Assembly: GCA_964016885.1 (NCBI GenBank)
Contig: CAXHJY010001317.1
Span: 1 to 64,000 of the forward strand
Reading direction: 5' to 3'
DNA length: 64,000 nucleotides
Source: Eledone cirrhosa
Taxonomy: Eukaryota
Every line of letters begins with the position of its first letter. Position 1 is the stretch's first letter. Both the position numbers and the translations under genes were made by a program. Shown piece by piece: positions 1 through 12,839 of the stretch. Under the pieces are notes generated by a model, which was given only the letters and a program-made list of their open reading frames with translations, was not told the origin of the DNA and did no database searches.

Positions 1-1
1 T

Positions 2-35
<34 letters not shown>

Positions 36-125
36 ATAATTATATATATTATATATATATATATTATATATATATTATATATATATTATATAATATATAT
101 ATATATATATTATATTATATATATA

Positions 126-163
<38 letters not shown>

Positions 164-206
164 ATATATATATATATATTATATATATATTATATATATT
201 TATATA

Positions 207-251
<45 letters not shown>

Positions 252-354
252 ATATTATATATATATTATATATATATATTATATATATATTATATATATT
301 ATATATATATTATATATATATATATATATATAATATATATATTATATATATTAT

Positions 355-413
<59 letters not shown>

Positions 414-482
414 ATATAATATATAATATATATATATATATATATAATATATATATATAATATATATATATAATATATATAT

Positions 483-531
<49 letters not shown>

Positions 532-541
532 ATATATTATA

Positions 542-584
<43 letters not shown>

Positions 585-1016
585 ATTAATATATATATTA
601 TATATATATATTATATATATATATTATATATATATATTATATATATATTATATATATATATATTATATATATATTATATATATATATATATATTATATAT
701 ATATATATATTATATATATATTATATATATATATATTATATATATATTATATATATATTATATTATATATATTATATATATATATTATATATATTATATA
801 TATATATTATATATATATTATATATATATATTATATATATATTATATATATATATATTATATATATATTATATATATATATTATATATATATTATTATAT
901 ATATATTATATATATATTATATATATATATTATATATATTATATATATATTATATATATATTATATATATATATATTATATATATTATATATATATATAT
1001 ATAATATATATATAAT

Positions 1017-1059
<43 letters not shown>

Positions 1060-1181
1060 ATATATATTATATATATATTATATATATATTATATTATATA
1101 TTATATATATATATTATATATATTATATATATTTTATATATATATTATATATATAATATATTATATATTATATATATATTA

Positions 1182-1231
<50 letters not shown>

Positions 1232-1301
1232 ATATATATTATATTATATATATATATATTATATATTTATATATATATATTATATTATATATATTATATT
1301 A

Positions 1302-1345
<44 letters not shown>

Positions 1346-1473
1346 ATATATATATATTATATATATATTATATATATATATTATATATATATTATATATA
1401 TATTATATATATATTATATATATATATTATATATATATATTATATATATATTATATATATATTATATATATAT

Positions 1474-1508
<35 letters not shown>

Positions 1509-1542
1509 ATATTATATATATATATATATTATATATATATAC

Positions 1543-1580
<38 letters not shown>

Positions 1581-1601
1581 ATATATTATATATATATTAT
1601 A

Positions 1602-1649
<48 letters not shown>

Positions 1650-2030
1650 CATATATTATATATATATTATATATATATTATATATATATATTATATATAT
1701 ATTATATATATATATATTATATATATATTATATATATATTATATATATATATTTTATATATATATTATATATATATTATATATATATTATATATATATAT
1801 TATATATATATATTATATATATATATTATATATATATATTATATATATATATTATATATATATTATATATATATTATATATATATATTATATATATATAT
1901 TATATATATATATTATATATATATATTATATATATATATTATATATATATATTATATATATATATTATATATATATATTATATATATATTATATATATAT
2001 ATTATTATTATTATTATTGTTATTGTTATT
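1..2030. repeat. (TA)n microsatellite array with TT/AA interruptions, ending in short (TTA/TTG)n
   Basis: Direct reading. Confidence 0.98.
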
Positions 2031-2032
2031 AT

Positions 2033-5000
2033 ATACAAGTCGAACTGGACTGGGAAAGGTCAACAGTTGACATGATAGTGATTTCGACGATTTTGATTTT
2101 GATTTTGTATCAGTACTGTCGGTAGAATGAGTGTTGGTATGTGTGGTTGTGGTTTGTATGCATGAGTATTAGTGTGAGTCGTGTCAATAAGTTTTTTTTT
2201 TTTTTTTAATGACCATGCTGTAAAAAGTAGGGGTAGAGAGGCCCTTTGAGTCTAGTAAGACATCCTCTCTAGTGCTGGTGGCACACATAAAAGCACCCAG
2301 TCCATGCTGTAAAGAGGCGCTGGTGTTAGGAAGGGCATCCAACCAGTGTATCAATGCCAAAAAGCTTATCAGCACAGCAACAAAACAGCATAGAAAAATA
2401 TGAAGACGTCGCATCTCAGAGTTGCAACACTTAATGTTGGCACTCTCTGAGGTAGATCTGCTGAAATAGCGGAGATGCTGGAGAGAAGGCAGGTGGATGT
2501 GTGCTGCGTGCAAGAGGTGAGATGGAGAGGTGCCTCTGCGAGACTAGTCGTAGGCAAGCGTCTTAGCTATAAGCTATTCTGGGTAGGTAAGGATGATGGG
2601 TTAGGGGGAGTAGGCATTTTCCTGGCTGAGACATGGATCAATAAGACAATAGAGGTAGTTCGAGTTAGTAATCGAATAATTAAGCTTAGATTAGTTGTAG
2701 GTAGGAGACTACTGACAATCATCTCGGTCTATGCTCCCCAAGCAGGCCTAGGCAAAGATGAGAAAGACTGCTTTTATGAGCAACTTTTGCAAACAACTAC
2801 AATGACAGAGGACGGAGACATCGTTATGCTAGCAGGAGACTTCAATGGTCATGTTGGACAGCTCCAGGATGGTTACACTGGGGTACATGGTGGGCACGGT
2901 TACGGTTCAAGAAATGAAGAAGGAGTGAGACTTCTTGAATTTTGTGATGCAAGTACATTGACTATTTGCAACACAAACTTCCAGAAACCTGCCAATCACC
3001 TAATAACCTACAAATCTGGTGAGCACATAAGCCAGATTGACTTCCTGCTAGTTAGGCAGCGGGACAGGCAGATAGTGTCTAATACCAAGGCATACCCTGG
3101 GGAAGAATGTACCCCACAGCATAGGTTAGTTGTTAGTGATATCTCAGTAAGCAAGAGATGGAATGAGACATATAGGAAGGTGTGGAGAAGAAAGGTCTGG
3201 AAGCTAAAAGACCTTTCACTAAAATTCAAATTTAGGAAAGCCCTTCAAGATGTATATGACGAAAAAGAAGACGATTTAGAGACGTATGACATAGATAATA
3301 ACTGGAAGTTCTTACGTGACAACTTGCTGAAGGCTACTGATGAAACCTGTGGCTGGAGCAGAGCTCCAACCAGACAGAGAGTGACCTGGTGGTGGAACAG
3401 CACAGTAGATAAGGCTATTAGAGACAAAAGACTAGCATGGAAGGCTTGGAAAAAGGGTGGGAGTAGGGAAGAATATACAGCCACTAAGAGAGAAGCTAGA
3501 CGTCAGGTGTACTTAGCACGCAGGGAGGCAGAGAGTAGGAGGTTTGCCAATGTTCTGCGACGGGAAGATCAGAGGCGTGCGGTGTTCCACATTGCAAGGC
3601 AGTGTGTCAATGCAAATCAGGATGTTGTTGGTGATAAATGTGTCCGGGATGATGCCGGTGTACTTAGTGTCACGAATGACCAGAAAAAGGAGGCCTGGAA
3701 ATGTCATTATGAGAGACTGATGAATGTGGAGAACGAATGGGAGAGAGAGAAATTACCCTTGGTGGATCCGACAGAGGGACCAGCTATTGAGATTGACGAA
3801 TATAGGGTCCAAGAGGCGATTAGGAAAATGAAAAATGGTAAGGCGGCCGGACCATCGGGAATAGTTGCTGAGATGCTGAAGGCATCAGGGGACGTAGGCA
3901 CTAAACTGGTTGCACGCATCATCAATCAGGCTATATATGGTGGTGTCATACCCAAAGACTGGTGCAGCAGTATTCTCATAAATTGCTACAAAGGTAAAGG
4001 GGATGCTTTGGAGAGGAGCAATTATAGGGGTATAAAACTGATAGATCAGGTTATGAAAGTGGTAGAAAGGATTTTAGCACAACTAATTAGAGAAAGGGTC
4101 AAACTAGATGAGATGCAGTTTGGTTTTGTGCCTGGGAAGAGTACAACAGATACCCTCTTCTTGGTGAGACAAATGCAAGAGAGGTTCTTAGAGAAGAATA
4201 AGCCACTATACTTAGCCTTTGTTGACCTAGAGAAGGCCGTTGATAGGGTACCCTGATCTGTCATCTGGTGGTCCCTAAGGAAGCTGGGTGTTGAGGAATG
4301 GCTTGTGAGGACAGTGCAAACTTTGTACAGAGGTACCCTCAGTAAAGTCAGGGTAGGAATGGAGTTTAGTGAGGAATTCCAGATACAAGTAGGAGTACAT
4401 CAGGGTTCGGTCCTCAGCCCGCTCTTGTTCATTATAGTCCTCCAAGCCATAACAGAGGAGTTTAAGACTGGCTGTCCATGGGAACTTCTCTATGCTGACG
4501 ATCTGGCTCTTATGGCAGAATCAGTAGAGGAGCTAGAGAATAAATTCCGGCTATGGAAACAGCAGTTGGAAGCAAGAGGACTGAGAGTAAATCTAGCTAA
4601 GACAAAAGTGTTGATGAGTAGAAAAGAGGACAAAACCCTGATTCCGTCAGGGAAATGGCCATGTTCGATATGCAGAAAAGGAACTGGCATAAATTCTATA
4701 AAATGCACACAATGTAGGTCCTGGGTACACAAGAGATGTAGCGGGATAGCAGGCAAACTAACAGGTAGGGAGAAATATGTATGCAGTAGATGTACAGGGA
4801 AATTAGACAGTAGAAGTCTCACTGATAGACACATTTTTCAAATGCGAGAGGGCGCTATAGAAGTGGTGGATAGCTTCCGGTACCTAGGAGATCAGATTAG
4901 CATGGGAGGAGGGTGTTCCGAGGCCATAGTATCTAGAATAAGGACGGGTTGGAAGAAGTTTAGGGAGCTGCTTCCTCTATTGACGAAGAAGGGTTTCTCC

Positions 5001-5488
5001 CTGCGTACGAAAGGCTGGTTGTATGATGCCTGTGTGAGGAGCGCGATGCTGCATGGTAGTGAGACATGGGCAGCAACCGCAGAAGATATGCGACGGCTGG
5101 AGAGAAATGAGGCAAGCATGCTCCGTTTGATGTGCAGTGTAAATGTGCGTGAACGACCCAGCATAAATGTGTTGAGAGAGAAACTGTGTCTGAGAGGGAT
5201 AGAATGTAGTGTACGGGAGAGGAGACTGAGGTGGTATGGACATGTGATGCGCATGGAGGATGACCGATGGGTGAAGAAGTGCCAGGAAATGCCAGTTGAA
5301 GGAAGACATGGTAGAGGTAGACCACGAAAAACATGGGTGGAGGTGGTGAGAACAGACCTCAGATCATTGAAGCTCACGGTGGAGATGACGAGGAACCGTG
5401 ACGAGTGGAGAGATGCTGTGCTGAATAAGACCCGTCCCACCCTTGCAAGCAGGGAAAAGCGGACGTAAAATGATGATGATGATGATGA
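2033..5488 (+). mobile_element. RTE-clade LINE, family A, probably near full length
   Basis: 5'UTR, one long APE-RT ORF, 3' stem-loop CGTCC..GGACG and (GAT)n tail; flanked by TA arrays. Confidence 0.92.
2400..5468 (+). pseudogene. RTE-A ORF: AP endonuclease + reverse transcriptase with inserted PHD finger; two in-frame TGA stops
   Basis: ATG at 2400 in frame with track ORFs 2475..4256 and 4305..5468; motifs TLNVGTL, VQEVRW, GDFNGHVG, QIDF, GVHQGSVLSP, YADD, FRYLG; TGA at 2448 and 4254. Confidence 0.9.
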
Positions 5489-5500
5489 TATATTATATAT

Positions 5501-5533
<33 letters not shown>

Positions 5534-5942
5534 ATATATATATATATTATATATATATATATATTATATATATTATATATATATATATATTATATATATA
5601 ATATATATATATATTATATATATATATATATTATATATATATTATATATAATATTATATATTATATATATTATATATAATATATATATAATATATAATAT
5701 ATATATATAATATTATATATATATATATATAATATATATATATTATATATATATATTATTTATATATATATTATATATATATTATATATATATATATATA
5801 ATATATATATATTATATATATATATTATATATATATTATATATATATTATATATATATTATATATATATATTCTTTATATATATATATTCTTTATATATA
5901 TATTATATATATATATATATATAATATATATATATATATAAT
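5489..5942. repeat. (TA)n array
   Basis: Direct reading. Confidence 0.97.
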
Positions 5943-8836
5943 ACTGCGACGGCTTCAATAGAGTACATGGAGGCCATGGAGTTGGCACAAGGAATGAGGA
6001 AGGATTCAGACTTCTAGAATTCTGCGACGCCAATGACATGTCGATATGTAACACAAACTTTAAAAAACCCGACAACCACCTGATCACCTATAGATCAGGG
6101 GAGCACTCTAGTCAGTTAGATTTTATTCTCATCAGAGGACGTGACAGATGGACGGTCGTAAACACAAAAGCCTTCCCTAGTGAGGAATGTACATCCCAAC
6201 ATAGCTTAGTTGTCAGCGACCTCACGGTCAGAACTAGACGAGCCCTGAAACAGAGGCCAACCTGGAGAAGAAAGATCTGGAAGCTGAAAGTCCCCTCAAC
6301 CAGTAACAGATTTAAAGATATTTTACTCAACGCCTACGACAGTAAAGAAGAACAGATAGAGACATTTAACGTAGAAGAGAACTGGGAGTTCCTAAAAAAT
6401 AACTTACTAGAGGCGACGGATGAGGTTTGTGGCTGGAGTAAGACCTCAAGCAGGAGGAGAGTGACTTGGTGGTGGAACAATAAGGTAGATGAAGCAGTCA
6501 AGGCCAAGAGACAGGCATGGAAAGAATGGAAGAACGGGGGGAGCAGGGTACATTACATAGAGACCAAGAGGGAAGCTAGGCGACAAGTATACTTAGCTAG
6601 GAGGGAAGCAGAGGATAGAAAATTCAAGCATGTTTTACAACGTGAGGACCAGAAACAGGAGGTATTCAAGATTGCGAGGCAGTGTGTCAGAGATAGTTGT
6701 GATGTCATTGGAGAGAAGTGTATCCGGAATGATAAAGGTGAGCTTGCCCTCACAAGTGCTGAGAAGAAAGATGCATGGAAGAGTCATTATGATAGATTAC
6801 TAAATGAGGAGAATGCATGGGAAGAAGAGACCCTACCCCACGTAGACCCTATAGAGGGACCAGCAGTACAAGTCAGCGGCAGCGTAGTAAGTAAGGCAAT
6901 CAGAGATATGAAGATAGGGAAGGCAACCGGTCCATCGGGTATAGCTGCCGAGATGCTGAAGGCATCTGGGTCTGTAGGTCACACTATAACCACACGTATC
7001 GTTAACCAGGTAATACTAGAGGGGGCCATACCAAAAGATTGGTGCAGTAGCATCATTGTCAACTGCTACAAAGGTAAAGGCGATGCACTAGATAGAGGAA
7101 ACTATAGAGGTATAAAATTGATGGACCAGGTCATGAAAGTAACAGAAAGAGTTATAGCACAGCTGATTAGGGACCGGGTGAATATAGACGAGATGCAATT
7201 TGGGTTTGTTCCAGGGAAAGGCACCACTGATGCGCTCTTCCTTGTGAGGCAATTACAGGAAAAGTACCTAGCTAAAAGTAAGCCACTCTACTTGGCATTT
7301 GTCGACCTTGAGAAAGCCTTTGACAGAGTTCCACGTGCAGTAATCTGGTGGGCTCTTAGAAAACTAGGAGTAGATGAATGGCTTGTGAAAGCGGTACAAG
7401 CCATGTATAGGGGAGCAGTCAGCAAAGTTAGGATTGGCAATGAGTATAGCGAGGAATTTAGCGTACAGGTTGGGGTCCACCAGGGCTCTGTTCTTAGCCC
7501 TCTCCTGTTCATCATAGTCCTGCAGGCAATAACGGAGGAGTTTAAGACCGGATGCCCATGGGAACTCCTGTATGCTGATGACCTCGCACTCATAGCTGAA
7601 TCTATGGTAGAACTAGAGAATAAATTCCAAACCTGGAAGCAGGGACTAGAGAGAAAGGGCCTCAAAGTCAACATGACAAAGACTAAGGTCCTTATAAGTA
7701 GACGAGAAAACAGAACCCAGATCCCCTCAGGGAAATGGCCTTGCTCAGTATGTAGGAAAGGTGTAGGTAGGAACTCCATTCTTTGCCCCAAATGCAAACA
7801 ATGGGTACACAAGAGATGTAGCGGGATCTCAGGAAGCTTAATTAAGAATGTAGGATTCACATGCAGCAGCTGTGCTGAAACAGCAAGCAAACAGCCACAG
7901 GAAACAAGTACCACCAATCTCTGGGAGGGCCCTGTAGAAACAGTAGACAGCTTCTGCTACCTAGGTGACCGAATTAGCAACGGAGGTGGGTGCTCAGAAA
8001 GTACAATAACTAGGGTAAGAACGGGATGGAAGAAGTTTAGGGAACTACTACCACTGCTAGCTGCAAAAGGCTTCTCCCTCAGAATGAAAGGCAGACTGTA
8101 TGATGCGTGTATCCGAACAGCGATGTTGCATGGTAGTGAGACCTGGGCGCTGAAGGTGGAAGACTTACGTAGATTAGAGAGAAACGAAGCCTGCATGCTC
8201 CGATGGATGTGTAACAGTAATATACGTGAACGACAAAGCATAAATGAATTGAGAGAGAGACTGAGCATAAGAGGAATCAAATGCTGCGTGCAGGAGAGGC
8301 GGTTACGCTGGTATGGACATGTGATGCGTATGAAGGATGACAGCTGCATAAAAAGGTGCAGAGCACTAGAAGTTGATGGAAACCGCGGAGTGGGGAGACC
8401 CAAGATGACTTGGGATGAGGTGATAAAAGCCGACCTTACCCAACTACACCTCTCAAAGTCAATGACACACGACCGTGACTTCTGGCGTCACGCAGTAATA
8501 CAGGGTACCCGACCTCCCATGGGTACATGCTGTAGCATATAAACAATATGCCCCCCCCCCCACCGCAAGGTGGTCGTGGAGGTGCCACGGCAAAAAAAGC
8601 ACCCAGCCCACACTGTAAAGTGGACGTGTAGGCGCCACGAAAAAGCACCCAGCACTCACTGTAAATGAGGTTGGTGTTAGGAAGGGCATCCAGCTGTAGA
8701 AATCAAGCCAGATCAGTTCCTGTATGAGCAAGGCATGGTCAGCCGACCAGACACTGCCCACAACAGGACAACCCGTCTAACCCATGCTAGCGTGGAAGAA
8801 CGGACGTAAAACGGTGATGATGATGATGATGATGAT
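5943..8836 (+). mobile_element. RTE family B, 5'-truncated within the endonuclease
   Basis: Starts at CDGFNRVHGGHG; ~290-bp 3'UTR, terminal stem-loop, (GAT)n tail. Confidence 0.93.
5945..8542 (+). CDS. RTE-B partial ORF (C-terminal APE, RT, PHD), uninterrupted
   Basis: Track ORF 6038..8542 extends open to the truncation point; QLDF, QGSVLSP, YADD, C4HC3, FCYLG. Confidence 0.88.
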   Translation, partial: CDGFNRVHGGHGVGTRNEEGFRLLEFCDANDMSICNTNFKKPDNHLITYRSGEHSSQLDFILIRGRDRWTVVNTKAFPSEECTSQHSLVVSDLTVRTRRALKQRPTWRRKIWKLKVPSTSNRFKDILLNAYDSKEEQIETFNVEENWEFLKNNLLEATDEVCGWSKTSSRRRVTWWWNNKVDEAVKAKRQAWKEWKNGGSRVHYIETKREARRQVYLARREAEDRKFKHVLQREDQKQEVFKIARQCVRDSCDVIGEKCIRNDKGELALTSAEKKDAWKSHYDRLLNEENAWEEETLPHVDPIEGPAVQVSGSVVSKAIRDMKIGKATGPSGIAAEMLKASGSVGHTITTRIVNQVILEGAIPKDWCSSIIVNCYKGKGDALDRGNYRGIKLMDQVMKVTERVIAQLIRDRVNIDEMQFGFVPGKGTTDALFLVRQLQEKYLAKSKPLYLAFVDLEKAFDRVPRAVIWWALRKLGVDEWLVKAVQAMYRGAVSKVRIGNEYSEEFSVQVGVHQGSVLSPLLFIIVLQAITEEFKTGCPWELLYADDLALIAESMVELENKFQTWKQGLERKGLKVNMTKTKVLISRRENRTQIPSGKWPCSVCRKGVGRNSILCPKCKQWVHKRCSGISGSLIKNVGFTCSSCAETASKQPQETSTTNLWEGPVETVDSFCYLGDRISNGGGCSESTITRVRTGWKKFRELLPLLAAKGFSLRMKGRLYDACIRTAMLHGSETWALKVEDLRRLERNEACMLRWMCNSNIRERQSINELRERLSIRGIKCCVQERRLRWYGHVMRMKDDSCIKRCRALEVDGNRGVGRPKMTWDEVIKADLTQLHLSKSMTHDRDFWRHAVIQGTRPPMGTCCSI

Positions 8837-8887
8837 ATATATATATATTATATATATATTATATATATATTATATGTATATAATATA

Positions 8888-8935
<48 letters not shown>

Positions 8936-9241
8936 TATATATTATATATATATTATATATATATATATATATTATATATATATATATATTATATATATAT
9001 TATATATATATTATATATATATTATATATATATTATAATTATATTATATATATATTATATATATATTATATATATATTATATATTATATATATATATTAT
9101 ATATATATATATATATTATATATATATATATCTATTTTATATATATATATATCATCATCATCATCATCATCAACGTTTAACGTCCGTGTTCCACGCTTGC
9201 ATGGGTTTGGACGGAGATTATATTTTATATATATATATATA

Positions 9242-9286
<45 letters not shown>

Positions 9287-9363
9287 ATATATATTATATA
9301 TATATATATATATATCATATATATATATATATTTTATATATATATATATATTATATATATATA

Positions 9364-9397
<34 letters not shown>

Positions 9398-9447
9398 CAT
9401 ATATATATATATATTTTATATATATATATATAATTTATATATATATA

Positions 9448-9490
<43 letters not shown>

Positions 9491-9647
9491 TTTATATATA
9501 TATATATATATATTTTATATATATATATATTTTATATATATATATATATATATATTTTATATATATATATATTTTATATATATATATTTTATATATATAT
9601 ATATATATATTTTATATATATATTTTATATATATTTTATATATATAT
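8837..9647. repeat. (TA)n array with TT/TTTT interruptions (contains a tiny RTE-C tail)
   Basis: Direct reading. Confidence 0.95.
9151..9214 (-). mobile_element. RTE family C extreme 3' fragment (terminal hairpin + tail only)
   Basis: (ATC)n + aacgtttaacgtccgtgttccacgcttgcatgggtttggacgg, matching the end of the 24166 and 54455 copies. Confidence 0.85.
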
Positions 9648-10785
9648 ATCATCATCATCATCATCATCAGGTTTAGCGTCCGTGTTCCACGCTTGCATGG
9701 GTTTGGACGGGGGTTTTCCCACTTGAGGCAAGAGTGGTTGTCTTGCTCGCATAGGACTGTCTGGCGGGTTTTCTACAGTTGGATGCCCTTCCTAACACCA
9801 ACCACATTTACAGTGTGGGGCTGGGAGGTTTTTACCGTGTTGCCTACACGGCCACATTACAGCGTGGACTGTCTGGCGGGTTTTCTACAGCTGGATGCCC
9901 TTCCTAACACCAACCACATTTACAGTGTGGGGCTGGGAGGTTTTTACCGTGTTGCCTACACGGCCACATTTACAGCGTGGACTGTGTGTTTTTTGTCGTG
10001 ACACCTACACGATCTCATTTGTTTCGGCCTGGATGTTGTGGGACCAACATAACTTTACATTGAAAGGGGCGGTGTGGGTGGGGTGGAGGTGGTGGGACGG
10101 GGGTGTGTTTTGATAGAGATGCCTACTGACTGTAGTAGGTTTTTACTTTGTATTTAGGTAAGGCGGGTCTTCTCTATTACTGAGTACCGCCAAAGGTCTC
10201 GGTCCAGTGACATTGTCTTGGAGAGGTGTAAGCGTGTGAGGTCGGAATTTATCAGCTCGTCCCATGTTTTTCTGGGTCTGCCTACTCCGTGGCTACCGTC
10301 TATCTTTATTGCCCTGCACTTTGTTATACAGCTGTCGTCTTTCATGCGCATCACGTGACCGTACCAACGTAGCCTTCTCTCGAGTAAACAATATCTGATC
10401 CCTCTTATTTCTAATTTTTTCCTTAGTTCGTTTATGCTTTGCCGTTCACGTATATTACTATTGCACATCCAGCGGAGCATGCAAGCTTCGTTCCTCTCTA
10501 GTCTGCGTATATCCTCTGCACACAATGCCCAGGTCTCACTGCCATGCAGCATTGCTGTTCGTATGCAGGCATCGTATAACCTGCCTTTCATTTTTAGGGA
10601 GAACCCTCTAGCGGCTAATAGTGGTATAAGCTCTCTGAACTTTTTCCATCCAGTTCTGACTCTAGCTACTGTACTTTCAGAGCACCCTCCCCCACTGCTG
10701 ATTTTGTCACCCAGATAACGGAAGCTGTCCACTATTTCTATAGAACCCTCTGCGCAGTTGAAGGAGCTAGTATTTTGTGGGCACT
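9648..10785 (-). mobile_element. RTE family C, 5'-truncated; subfamily with 112-bp 3'UTR duplication
   Basis: Track ORF 10154..10732 (RT thumb/C-terminus); duplicated unit at 9754 and 9866; (GAT)n tail. Confidence 0.93.
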
Positions 10786-10834
10786 ATATATATATATATA
10801 TTATATATATATATATATTTTATATATATATATA

Positions 10835-10868
<34 letters not shown>

Positions 10869-11313
10869 TTTATATATTATATATATATATATATTTTATA
10901 TATTATATATATATATATATTTTATATATATATATATTTTATATATTATATATATATTTTATATATTATATATATATATATATTTTATATATTATATATA
11001 TATATATTTTATATATTATATATATATATATATTTTATATATTATATATATATATATATTTTATATATTATATATATATATATATTTTATATATTATATA
11101 TATATATATATTTTATATATTATATATATATATATATTTTATATATATATATATTTTATATATTATATATATATATATTTTATATATTATATATATATAT
11201 ATTTTATATATTATATATATATATATTTTATATATATATATATATATATATTTTATATATATATATATATATATATTTTATATATATATATATATTTTAT
11301 ATATATATATATA

Positions 11314-11356
<43 letters not shown>

Positions 11357-11393
11357 ATTTTATATATATATATATATATTTTATATATATATA

Positions 11394-11459
<66 letters not shown>

Positions 11460-11774
11460 TTTATATATTATATATATATATATATTTTATATATTATATA
11501 TATATATTTTATATATTATATATATATATTTTATATATTATATATATATATTTTATATATTATATATATATATATATTTTATATATTATATATATATATA
11601 TTTTATATATTATATATATATATATATTTTATATATTATATATATATATATATTTTATATATTATATATATATATATATTTTATATATTATATATATATA
11701 TATTTTATATATTATATATATATATATTTTATATATTATATATATATATATATTTTATATATTATATATATATA

Positions 11775-11840
<66 letters not shown>

Positions 11841-11847
11841 ATATATA

Positions 11848-11895
<48 letters not shown>

Positions 11896-11998
11896 ATATA
11901 TTTTATATATATATATATATATATATTTTATATATATATATATATATATATTTTATATATATATATATATATATTTTATATATATATATATATATATA

Positions 11999-12029
<31 letters not shown>

Positions 12030-12070
12030 TTTATATATATATATATATATTTTATATATATATATATTTT
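10786..12070. repeat. (TA)n array with regular TTTT/TT interruptions
   Basis: Direct reading. Confidence 0.97.
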
Positions 12071-12734
12071 ATAATCAAAGTTGAGATAAAAAACTGAGAT
12101 AAAAAATTGAGATAAAAAACTTCAAAAAAAATTGAAATACATTAGTATATATGCACTTTCATGAAAAAAGAAATAGAAAAAGAAAATAGAAGGTTATCCA
12201 GATTCGATACTATAGACTTCCATGTGAATTTACGTGATCAACTCTGCAAATTCCTATTTCACATGAAAACATTCTCATTGTGCTATAAAAATTCTAGTAT
12301 ACATATATGTGTACATACACACAAATATATATAGAATCTACATTAATTTTAACAATACTATTCTTGTCTTTACTCTACATGATTATCGTTCAAGCATAAA
12401 TAGACAACAGATATCAATATATCAATAAAAATATCAAAAAATTAAAAATATTAAAAATAAAACACAGTATGCCCCTCAAATCAACCACAGAGATCAACCC
12501 TTCAAAATTAATTGACAATATATTGCCAAGTTCATTATAAGCATCAGAAACAAAAGCAAACAAAACCAAAATTATTTACCAAATCCTGTCTAGCAGAAAT
12601 CATTCCAAAAGTTTAGGATACCCATTTGATCTACAGATGGTCTTATATTTATTATAGAAGTTTATCTAGTGTAAAATTTATTCGATATATTTGGAGCATC
12701 AGCTTTTAGGGTAGTTTAATTATTCATGAAGAAT

Positions 12735-12768
<34 letters not shown>

Positions 12769-12839
12769 ATCGAAAGATTTATCGGCGAGTTTCATAAATA
12801 ATTATAAATCAAAGTAAATATACTACATTTTAAATTTAT

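Noticed and set aside
4490-5440. Recurrent antisense ORFs over RTE coding regions
   Set aside because: Shadow frames; they recur only because the copies are similar, and show no motifs
2400-5468. In-frame TGA as selenocysteine recoding
   Set aside because: TGAs align to Arg/Lys rather than Cys, no SECIS seen, and sibling families lack them
12082-12119. Short direct repeats as CRISPR or iteron
   Set aside because: Three 12-bp units without spacers in a eukaryotic retroelement end
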